A stretch of 40,328 nt of DNA. Source: Guillardia theta CCMP2712. Lineage: Eukaryota > Protista > Cryptophyta. Shown here in pieces: positions 1-10,400 of the stretch; within the stretch, counting starts at the first letter, position 1, and each line of letters opens with the position of its first letter. The stretch is taken from assembly GCF_000315625.1 (NCBI RefSeq), contig NW_005434667.1, forward strand, positions 172,427-212,754. Direction: 5' to 3'. Under the pieces are notes generated by a model. The model was given only the letters and a program-made list of their open reading frames with translations, was not told where the DNA came from and searched no databases. Made by a program: the position numbers and the translations under genes.

Positions 1-729
1 TCCGCTTACAGTCTGCGCAAGCTCTTTTCCACTGTGTCATCAAACGCGGGCCAGATGCATCCTCATGTCAAGATGGGGGAGCTGAGGTATGCCCCTGCCT
101 CTGCCCCTGCCCCTGCCCCTGCCCCTGCCCCTGCCCCTGCCCCTGCTCCATCTCCTCCATCTCCTGCTTCTCATTCATCTCCGGCTCTTGCTCCTTCATG
201 TTTTCTCCTTCCCTCCTCCTCCACGCTTTCCCCTCGATGCTCCCCAGTCCTTCCCTCTCTTCTCCTTTCCCCCTTCCACCCTCCTCTCCTCACGCTTCTA
301 CACAGGGAGGGATCCCTCGGGAACCTGCTCATTGTCGATGGCGATCACCCCAACCTCTGGCCTTCCACGGCTCCTCTACGCACCGTCTGCTACGCCAATC
401 TCTCTCCTTGCATACAAGGGCTCATGGTACACCCTCCTGCCTCCTCCTGCCTCCTCCTCCCTCTTCCCTCCTCCTCCCACCTATCCCTCCTCCTCCCTCC
501 TCCTCGCTCCTCCTCGTGCTGAGCCGAAGTTTCGTCGTCCAGGTCGCGGGCAGGTGGATCGGGGAGGTGGGAAACTTTCAGGAGAGCATCCTCAGCAGCT
601 CGACGTTCAAGGTTCGCCCTGCGCTACTAAGGACTGTAGTATCATCACTTATGCTCTGGTTTTCAGGAGCAGCGGAAGGAGGCGGAGGAAAGGCTGGACT
701 GTCTCCTCCGCTCTCTCAACCTCGTGTGA
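1..729 (+). CDS. 3' end of a metal-dependent amidohydrolase-family protein (MTA/SAH deaminase or chlorohydrolase-like); 5' part lies outside the window
   Basis: Exons 1-86, 306-426, 543-611 and 667-729 join through phase-consistent GT-AG introns. They give ...KMGELREGSLGNLLIVDGDHPNLWPSTAPLRTVCYANLSPCIQGLMVAGRWI...LNLV*. This matches the amidohydrolase C-terminal pattern G.l..G..ad.ivvD...P...P.....vy......v..vmV.Grwv. Confidence 0.75.
91..144 (+). repeat. (GCCCCT)n microsatellite inside intron 87-305
   Basis: Hexamer tandem repeat seen directly. Confidence 0.95.
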
Positions 730-929
730 GATAACCAGGAAGGGCGAGAAGCATGGAGGAGGAGGGGGAGGACGAGGACGAGGAGGCCCTCGGAGGAAGA
801 TGAGGACTGAGGAGGAGAGGGGGCGCGGGGAGCAGGAGGAGGTCATAAACATTTCGTGTTTGCCATTGAAGTCTGAGGGACCATCAACATGCTAGGCAGG
901 AGACCAAAACAAATCTCCTAGTCGCACAC

Positions 930-1030
930 CCAGCGGCCGGCCCGGGCCCCGGACACTGAGGGCCGACTCTCAGTGACTCAGGGCGTGATCGTAGCAGGCG
1001 TGACCAGAGGCGTGACAGACTGCGTGACTG
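930..1030. promoter_or_regulatory. CCGG-rich patch followed by four GCGTGA motifs
   Basis: cagcggccggcccgggccccgg, then GCGTGA at 983, 998, 1010 and 1022. A regulatory role is inferred only from the intergenic position. Confidence 0.3.
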
Positions 1031-1099
1031 AAGGGTTGGCCCGCTCTGGGGGTTCTCATTTTACGCTGAGGCAGTTGGTGGTCAAGAACTTTGATGGGT

Positions 1100-1430
1100 C
1101 TTTTGGGGGATGAGGGTACACGGCCAAGGATGTTCCAGGGGTGGGGGTACCGATTAGGAATAAGGAGGGGTAGATTGAGATGGGGTGGGTCATAGAAGAA
1201 GAGCGAGAAAGATAAGGTCAAAAGTATATCATTATCTAAGTAAGGTATATATAAAATCATTGAAGGTGTTGATCATGGGAAGCTGATGGTCGAATCAGTC
1301 ACTTTGGTTGAACTGTGTGAAGGGTAGGGGTGGGAAGGCGAAGGGGGACGTGAACGAGGGGGGGTAGGGGGGTAAGTGTTTGTGGGGTAGGGGTAAGGGG
1401 GGAGAGGTTTCCAAAGTAACGAACTTTCGG
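1100..1430 (+). promoter_or_regulatory. GGGGT(A/G) motif cloud with G-quadruplex potential, upstream of the mucin-like gene
   Basis: Many GGGGTA/GGGTAG/GGGGTG words. At 1321-1402 there are many G3-G7 runs with short loops. Confidence 0.4.
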
Positions 1431-2350
1431 GTAAAATGGCAGCAGTTGTGCGAAATGGGCAGGAGCTAGGGGGAGCAGGAGCAGGAGGGAGGAGGGAGGG
1501 AGGAGAAATGGGGAGGATACAGAGCAGGAGAGTGGATGAAGAGGTGGAAGGAGGAGGCAGGAGGAGGCAGGGGGAGGAGGGCGAGAAAGGATGAAGGGAT
1601 GATGAAAAAGGGGGAAATGGAAATTAGGAGAAACAGAACAAGCATGATAGTTTACGACAGGATGATGAGGAAGGGAATGACTCAATAAGAGGGATGCAAA
1701 GCTATGAAGAATGTGGAATAAACATTGGACAAGCAAGGAGCAAGGCCGAAGGAGGGGAAGAAGAAGAAATGAGGAAAGGGCGCGCGAAAGTGAATAGGAG
1801 GAGATGGGGAAGTTGAAAGTCAAAGATGGAATGAAGTTCATGTAGACGCGAGTTAGAAGAGATTGAAGAATCAGTAGGATACGATGGAACACAAAGAGGA
1901 GGGGTGAGGTTGAATCACGAGGGTCAATCAAGGATATCAATCAGTAAGCATCTGGTTGAAGGACGTCGATCGTCTAGGAGGAGACATGGCGACCAACACT
2001 GAGACTCACTTTCTTGTCCCTGCAGAAACAGGAGGGAAAGGAAAGCTACCTTTCGGATCAGGGAGCAGAAACAAGGTCGAGAGGAGATCGCAATCTCAGA
2101 TCATGTCTTGCGAACATGGACCAGCTGTGAAACCTGGCGTCTCCTGCATGCCAGATATGGACAAGTCCAGGGCTTCACAAGACCTCTGTAGCCTGATGCT
2201 CCTTGTTGAAGCACATGCAGATCTTGAGCAGATCGTGTGACATGTGATACGACCTGAACTACAACTTAACAAGCAGACTAGTGAGCTTGAACACAACTCT
2301 TTTGCAATCAGCAGGTGATGGCGCGTCAATTATATTGCAGACAACGATCA

Positions 2351-5300
2351 ATGTTGTCGATTCCTACATCTCCCCTTCTGTGTCTTCTATTCCTTTGTTC
2401 TCTTCTCTTGGCTTGTTGTGACAACGCAACAAATACGACTCTCGTCGCCAACACAACTAACTGGAACTCTACATTGACAAACTCAACGACGTCAAACGCC
2501 TCCTCCATTGTGAACGCGTCAGAAACATCAACTTCTGTTGTTGAGGTCGGTACAACCTCCATCATTTCAAACTCGAGCGGGAACGAGACAGCTACAGGCA
2601 TCAATGGCTCCTCATCGCAAACAGTCAACTCTTCAACATCTGTTGTCAACCAGACAAACGGAACGAACCATTCTGGTGAGTTGGATAGTTCGACTTTGCT
2701 TCTTCCCTCGCCTTTTTCTTTCTTCTTGTTTCTTTCTCTTCTTTTCAATGCTTTTCTGCCTTCCTTCCTTCTTTCTTTGCTGTCCTTCCTTCCCTTCCCT
2801 GTGTTGGAGATAGGTTGTCAGACCACCGCTCTCCTGATTCCTTATGATGGGCAGTGTCATCTCCATCAACGAACTCTTCGAATGCTAGTCAGGAAACAAC
2901 ATCCCTTCCGTCAACAAATGCATCTTCGTTCGAGCACCTGACAAACTCATCGGAATGGAACTCCACGAGTTCTGCTGCCCTCTCCGGGATCACAAACACG
3001 ACGAGCTATGTTGCTATCAGTTCTCTTGCGGGGAACCAGTCCTCAACCACGCCAATACCGGCTCAGACCAACTCCACGACCGTTGAGGGACACAATGCTG
3101 CAACAGAAGCAACGACGAACGTTACAACAGCCTCAGAGACGAACTTCACCACTACGACTGCCCCTCATTCTACAACTCCAGCACAAACCGAACAGCAAAC
3201 CACACCGTCAACGCAAGAAACAACCACTCCAAGTCCCTCCACGGCTGTCTCCGCACCAGAAACAACTTCGTCACCGGTTACTTCTACACCAGTCTCTACT
3301 ACTTCCACACCAGAAACAACTTCGTCACCGGTTACTTCTACACCAGTCTCTACTTCTTCCGCACCAGAAACAACTCCGTCACCGGTTACTTCTACACCAG
3401 TCTCTACCTCTACACCAGTCTCTACCACTCCTCCTCTCAACTCTGCAAACAACAAGACAAGTGCAACTTATGTCATTACGACCTCAGCTGGGGAGAAGAC
3501 AAGCACAGGCTTGCAAGTCTTTCAGACGAGCATGTCGCTGTCATGGACGAGCGAGGAGAACACAGAGTCTTCAACGACAACAGTCTTTGCTGAGACAAGT
3601 GCAACCTTTGAAACTGCTCAGATGAACCTGACGACGACTGGTATCAGACCTCAAATTTATTGCACCATATTGCCTGACATCAATCTTCAGTCTATCAAAC
3701 TCCACCACCACCCCCTCCACCACCACCCTCTCCACCACCACCTCCTCCTCCATCCACAAATCAGGTCTTCCAGCCTCCTCTCCTGTCTCCTTCCTGCTTT
3801 CTCTTGGGCTTCCTCCTGTTTTCCGTCCTTCCTTTCCTCACCCTCATTCCCTCGTTTTTCTCAGCCCGTCATCTCAACTTTGGCCATCTCAACTGTCATT
3901 GAAGGTGAAAGACCCTTCCCGCTGCCGTACGGAAATGTGACTTTCCTTTCCTCCTCGCAGGATACACTGTCGACACGTTCGGGAAGACTGAGATCAACAT
4001 GTACATCGACGGTAACATGCCTCCTTAACATCTCGAGACTAGTCACCCCTTCCCTGCTCCAGCTGTTTCCAAGGTGCTGGGAGTGGACAAGTCGAGGATC
4101 AAGGACGTGCAGGTGTCGACGGCAAGAAGGAGGAAGAGGAGGAGGGCAGGTGAAACGTTTGATGGTGGGAAGTCGCAGTTTTCGCTGATGTGTTCCTGCT
4201 CAGGGTCGACCGATCGTTTTCATCATCTCTATCTCCGAGCAACGGGGATTAAAGTTTCCTTCGTCCTTGACGTTTTGAGTGGCGAGGTGAAAACACTTGT
4301 TGTTGCCTACTTCTTACTTTGTCGGTCTTGTCTGTTTGTCTTCTTCTCCCTTTTCCCTGTTCACTTCTGCTTCTCCCCGCCTTGCAAACTTCTTTGCAAT
4401 GACCGCAGCCAACAGGACACCAACAAGTTTTCACAATCCCTCACCAAGGACGCGTTGACCTCCCAGTTACAAAGGTGAACTTCTCTCGCGAGTAGTTCAT
4501 GGGCTGACGACGAGGCAGCGCTGGCCTTACCAAGGCCGTAGTGTCGTCAGTCGACGTCAAGGCTGAAAGTTTTCAGGTGCCGGACCAGCTCCTCCTTTCT
4601 CATGCCGAGTGTGGCTGACGTCTCTGCAGACTCCCTCTCCTCCTGCCTCTACTGGCAGAACAGCGTTCCTCATCATGGTTGTCTTGGTTGCCGTCGGCGG
4701 TTTCACTGTGCTTTTCCTCGTTCTCCTCTTTCTGTACAAGAGCGTCTTCAACGGGAAGTGCTGCGAATGGGGAGGAAAGGAGAATCGCATCCACCAGGAC
4801 CCCCAAGAGGACCACCTCTCCATCGTCACTGGTGAGAGTCTGTGCTGTGCGTGATCGGTGGTTCTGACGTGGGAGGAGGAGGAGATGCAGAGCGGGAGAG
4901 GGAGGCGAAGACTCTGTTCGTGATGATGGACAAGGACGGGAACAAGGCTATCTCCCACATGGAGCTCGAGCTCGGCCTCGCCGCCTTCGGCTTCTCCTCT
5001 GCTGAGATTGAGGAGATCCTGTTCCGAGTGTTCTCAGCAGGGAGCGAGGAGGAGGATGAGCTGAGCTTCGAGCGGTTCAGGGAGGCGATCGTTCCCCTTC
5101 TGACTCAGAAGACGGCGGGGAAGGAGGAGGAGGCGATGGCGCTGGCGCTCTTCAAGCAGTTCGATGCGGACGGGAACGGGTCGATCTCGGAGGAGGAGCT
5201 GGACATGGCGATGAGCAAGTTCGGGTTCTCCAACGAGGAGATCAGCAGGATCATGTACGAGGCGGAGGATGGGACCGGCAGCATCGACCTTCCTCGCTTC

Positions 5301-6628
5301 AAGAAGTTCGTCCTCCCCTACGTCGCCACTGTTCCCGTCAGCAAGGGAGGGAGAGAGGCGAGGAGTCCTGCGCAGCTGCGAGGAGAGGGAGAGGGAGGAG
5401 AGGAGCCAAGTCATGTCCCTGGTATGCTGCCAGAGGAGCATGTGAAACCTCCGAAGCACCTTCCTCCTCTCAAAGGGCCGATGCCCGTGCTTGACGCGCC
5501 TGAGTCCTCTCCTCCTCCTCTGTATCCTCACGCGAAGGAGGAGAAGGAGCAGAAGCTGCTGGAAGATGATACGGATGAATCGCGAGATAGGCTGACCAGA
5601 CTCAAGGAGATGAACGAAGCAGAAGACCGCGATAATGACAATCTTTTCTCTTCGGGTACGATGATGACGATGAAGATGACGATGACGACGACGATGGCGG
5701 TGATGATGATCATCCTTGTTATGACATGGTTTCTTGTAGATCTCTACAGATTGGTTGTCTTTGATGGAGGCGACAAGAGCTTGGGAATTGTCGAAATCCA
5801 GAAGGTAAAAACTGAAGGGAGAGGAGCTCGATCTCCTCCATCCCCTTCCTCTCCCCTCCACTCTTCTTTCATCCTCCTCCTCCCCCCCCCCCCTTTCCTG
5901 CATGTGCTCCATTCGCCTCCTCCCACTGACCGCCTTCTTCGCCGCAGGACACAACGTGGAAACAGATGCTGTCGCTCCTTCAGTCAAAGTTTGACCTGCA
6001 TCAGGTGAGGGAGGGAGGCAGTCAATCGGCTGCGACATCTGACGTGACTCGACTAGCTCGTCGGCCTCAAGTACGTCGACCCAAGAGAAAACTCAAAGCT
6101 TGACTACTCGCGCAACGAGGAGGAGTGGAGGGTGAGGGACCTGCTATGCACCTTTGATTTGTTGATCCCTCCTCCCTCCTCCCTCCTCCCTCCTCCCTCC
6201 TCCCTCCTCCCTCCTCCCTCCTCCTCCCTCCTTCATGTTTCTCTCTTGTCTCTCCTCAATCTGTCTCTCGCAGAGATGTCTTGAAGTTCTTTGCGCCGAA
6301 GAAGATCGCGAGCTTGAAGTTGATCTTGTTACTGAGGTTATCTCCTCTCTTCCCTCTCCTCTCCTCTCCTCTCCTCTCCTCTCCTCTCCTCTCCTCTCCT
6401 CTCCTCTCCTCTCCTCTCCTCTCCTCTCCTCTCCTCTCCTCTCCTCTCCTCATCACTTCTGCAGCCTCCCGTCAAGGCTTTCCGCATCAAAGTTCCTGTG
6501 AGTGAAGTAGACAAGAAGATCCACAAGAAGAAGATTTATTTCACCAACTTCTACGACCGTGAAGTTTCTTTCGTCATTTCCTCCGACTGTGAGGTGATCA
6601 GATGATAACCTTGTTTTAGTCTGCACAG

Positions 6629-6695
<67 letters not shown>

Positions 6696-7104
6696 GATTG
6701 TCGTCGTCGTCGTCGTCATCATCATCATCATCCTTTTCTGTTTCTCACGCTCTTTTCAGTTTTTGGATCCCTTCAAAGAGACAAGGTTGAACATCGCTCC
6801 TCAAGAAAAGGTCTCCTAGCGTCTCGTTCGCTCTTGCCCCCTCCCCCATGTTTCCTCCTCCTCTAACGACATGGGCAGTCTCCTATCATCGTTCGCATCA
6901 AGAAGATGGACAAGGAGCACGAGGAGGTGAAGGACGAGGACGAGGACGAGGACGAGCTGACATGCTTGCAGATAGCAATTGTTCACCTCACTGAGGAACA
7001 AAGCAAAATCATACACACGCTCAAGGTAAGCGACAGAAGTCTCTTGTTGTGCAAGTCCAGCGCAATGACTCTCGTTCTGGCAGCTCTTCGTGACGTGGAG
7101 TTGA
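2351..7104 (+). CDS. Type I membrane mucin-like protein: signal peptide, Ser/Thr/Asn-rich stalk, poly-Pro, SEA-like module with polybasic site, TM helix, EF-hand pairs, PB1-like domain, C-terminal Ig-like (NPHP4-C/MSP-like) domain
   Basis: Signal peptide MLSIPTSPLLCLLFLCSLLLACC and many NxS/T sequons. TM AFLIMVVLVAVGGFTVLFLVLLFLY at ~4664-4737. EF loops DKDGNKAISHME and DADGNGSISEEE. PB1-like TTWKQMLSLLQSKFDLHQLVGLKYVDPRENSKLDYSRNEEEWRRCLEVL (exons 5948-6004, 6057-6131, 6274-6336). Terminal KAFRIKVP..KKIYFTNFYDREVSFVISSDCEFL..LFVTWS* with TGA at 7102-7104. The junctions checked are phase-compatible GT-AG. Confidence 0.7.
3253..3425 (+). repeat. 54-bp coding tandem repeat (~3 copies) encoding PETTSSPVTSTPVSTTST-like mucin units
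   Basis: caccagaaacaacttcgtcaccggttacttctacaccagtctctac recurs with a 54-nt period. Confidence 0.9.
6353..6450 (+). repeat. (CTCCT)n intronic microsatellite
   Basis: Pentamer repeat seen directly inside an intron of the mucin-like gene. Confidence 0.95.
6629..6732 (+). repeat. (CAT)n/(CGT)n intronic microsatellite
   Basis: Seen directly within intron ~6594-6759. Confidence 0.95.
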
Positions 7105-7484
7105 AAAATATCCCTTTACTTCTTTGTCCTACTCCTCCACCTTCTCCTTCCTACTACTCATCTTCTCTCCCTCAGTCCTCTTCCTCCTGTACTTACACTC
7201 GGTAACTCTAAAGAATTTATTGAAGCAAATCGCGGAAACTTCGTGGTCATGCGATTCGATCAGGAAAGATCTAAGGAGTTGCAGAATGGTTCGAGAGTGC
7301 AGCACAGATAGACGAAGCAATCCAATGATCATTTTCTTCTTTGCAAACTCCTTCACTCTTCCTCTCTGTACTGTCTGCATGTCCCGTCTTGCATTCCAAC
7401 AATTCTTGATATCTTCCGCGTCTTGTTGATATCTTCCTTGTCTTGATGTTGATATCTTCTCGATGTCTTTTCCTTCTTCTCTTC

Positions 7485-10400
7485 TCACAAACCTGAATGA
7501 GCCACGAGGTTGTCGATGATCGCCATGTCTGAAGGGTTCGTACACTTTGACCTTACGCTCAGGAGCATGTCTCGATCCCTGCTGGGAGATGAGCAGGAGC
7601 AGGAGGAGCAGGAGCAGGAGCAGGAGGAGCAAGAGCAGGAGCAGGAGCAGGAGCCTGAGCAGGAAGTGCAAGTTGCAGGAAAAGGACGACAAAAAAGGAG
7701 AACCAGTGAAGAAGAGATGGGAGGAGGAAGGGGAGGGAGAGAGGGAGAGGAGGGAGGGAAGGAGAGGACGGAGAGGACGGAGGAGACCTTGCTTGCACGG
7801 CAGCTTCGGCTGCCTCCCTGAGCATTCCCATCCTCACACAGAGCTCGCTCTTCCTTGCCATGTCCGTCATCTTCATCGCGTACTTCATCCCCTCGTCAAA
7901 TCGATTCTCTCGGATGCAAGCTTCCACGAACAGCTCAAACCCAATGGGGGGCTGCAGGACAGCGTCAATCCTCCTCCTCCTCCTCCTCCTCCACCTCCAC
8001 CACCACCACCACCACCCCGTCTCCTCTTTCCTCGTCCTCGTCTTCGTTCATGTTCCCCTTCCTTATACTCCTCCACGATCTTCCTCCTTGTCCGCATTCT
8101 GATCCTCCTCTTCCCATCTTTTGCTGTTCTCCTTCAGCTCCCTCCAGCTCTTGTCCTCCTCGTCCCTCTTCTTCTCCATCCTCACCGTCTTCCGCTCTTT
8201 CGAGAATTTCTCGAGCTCTTTCCAGTCGTGTCCTTCTGCCAGGCCGCTGACCTGCAAGGACTTGAGAGATCAGCAGAACACGAGGATGACAAGGAGGATA
8301 AGAGAGAAGGAAATGGAGGAGGGGGAGAGGGAGGGGGAGGGGGAGGTGGTGGAGGTGGTGGAGGTGGTGGAGAAGGAGGAGAGAGGAGAGTGGAGAGTAG
8401 GGAGAGGGGAGCGGAGCATTCTTCCGACCTTGAGGCTCCATAGGAGCTTTTCCGAGAACTTCATGTCCTTGGCTATCCTCAGCCCCCTGCTGTGCTGGTT
8501 GTAGACGAAGCAGAGGCGAACCTGCGCCGCATTCACCTGCTGCTCGCTCCTCCTCCTCCTCCTCCTCCTCCTCCTCCTCCTCCTCCTCCTCCTCCTCCTC
8601 CTCCTCCTCCTCCTCCTCCTCCTCCTCCTCCTCCTCCTCCTGCCCACCCCACCCATTGCTACTTCTGCTCCTACTACACCTCCCTATCCCCCACCCCCGT
8701 CCTCACCTTTGACCCTGCCCCCAATTATTCCCCTTCCCCTCTCTCTTCCTCCTCTCCTCCTCCTCCTCCTCCTCTTTCGGCTTTTCCTGGCATCCATACT
8801 TCCCGTCCTTCCCCCTCCAGCTCCTGCTCACCGTCTCGCTAGCTGATGTGTCGAAAAAGACGGATCTTCCGGTCGCCTGCTCCAACTCGAGCTGAGCCTC
8901 CTGCAGTCGAATCTGCTCCTCCGTGTGCTGCTCAACGTGGTCAGGCTAGCAGGGATGGAAACATATAAAGCGAGGGGAACAGAGGAGAGGAGACGAGAGG
9001 ACAGGACAGGACAGGACAGGACAGGAGGAGAGCAGAGCAGAGCAGAGCAGAGGGGAGAGGAGGAGAGCAGAGAGGAGGAGAGCAGGCATCTCTGACCTTT
9101 GCCATGAGCTTGGCTGATTCATCCTTGCTCTGTGAGAAGAGAGACATCGCCAGCTCCATCCCTTTTCTCCTCCTCGTCACATCCGGCGCCTTGAAAGACT
9201 CCAACAGCAGCTGGCTCCCAGCTTCATGCGGCGCTTCCATGGCCTGGCAGAGCTGTCGTAGGAGGGTGTGATCCTGCTGTTTGCTGTACAGCAGCATGAG
9301 ATCTTTGGCCGTCTGATGACGAAGGACACTCTGAGAAAACACAAGCATTACGATCACATCTCAGCTCTTCTTCTCTCCTCTCCCTCCCCCTCCCACTTCA
9401 ATCCTCTCCTCTCCCCTCCCCTCTTCTCCCCTCTTCCGGCCTGTCTTCTCTTCTACTATCCAGTCACTTCCTGAACTCCCATTCCCTCTTCCCTCCTCTC
9501 TCCTCCCTCCTCCCTCCTCTCCCGCCCCAGCGCCCTCCTGAACCAGCAGCAACCTGGAAGAAGTCCGACGTAGTCTTGGACTTCTGCATGTGGAGCATTG
9601 CGAGGAAGACGAGGTCAGGATCGCCGCTCTCCAGCGCCTTCACCAGCGCTCGCTTCTCCTCCTTCATGCTGATCAGCAGCGGCACCTGCTCCCCTGCCTT
9701 GGGCTCGTTGTCCAGCAGCAGGTTGGCCAGCTCCGTCCTCTGCTCTGCGTATGCCGTCGCCGCCACCTCCGCCAGGGAGATGTGCCCAGAAGAGGGGAGC
9801 CGTGCGAGGATCGCGTCGTAGAGCTCCTTGTCCGTCAAGTCTCCTCCTCTTCGGATCATCTCGCATGCCCAGTGGACGAGGACCTCAGTCTTCTTCAACC
9901 CCATGTGCTCGCAGATCTGCAGCGCAAGGTAGTGCTGCTGCCGCTGTGCCAGCCGGAGCACGAGGGTCTGCGGGGAGAGGCTCTGCAGCTGGGGGAAGGT
10001 GAGGGGGAGGCCAACACGGGGCTCTCGGATCATGTTGAGCATGCGGAGAGAAGAGAGCACGTTCACCATCCTGGTCGGCCTGTGCGCCTCAAGGAAGCAG
10101 GAGCCGTAGCTGGCTGCCTTGAGCAGCTGCTTCTGCAGCTCGACGCTGAACTCGTGCGAGGCGGCATCAAGGCACACGGAGATCGCCTCTGGCAGCGAGT
10201 CTCGGATCCCCCTTATGTTCTCGTCCGCCTTCGCGTCGTTCTTCTCCAGCAGCTCCAGGGCGTCGAAGAGAATGGCGCCTGGGGTGCAGGAGCCGATCTT
10301 GAAGATGTCAACGACGCTGTCAGGGACGCGATGGAGGAACTCGCAGCGGGAGGAGGAGATGATCCTCACTCCGTCCATCTCCGGGAGGAGGAACACGGCC

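Noticed and set aside
89-895. 268-aa PLPLPL ORF and other low-complexity ORFs (poly-R, poly-P, SSPLL, EQEQ, poly-M)
   Set aside because: These are read-through of stop-poor intronic or intergenic microsatellites. The real coding frames are explained by spliced models.
5656-5739. Apparent second TM helix (MAVMMIILVMTWFLV) in ORF 4842-6008
   Set aside because: It lies within a GT-AG bounded (GAT/GAC)n intron, so it is not constitutive coding sequence.
7129-7484. 187-aa minus-strand ORF extending past VPS16
   Set aside because: VPS16 stops at 7485-7487 in another frame. The remainder looks like 3' UTR between convergent genes.
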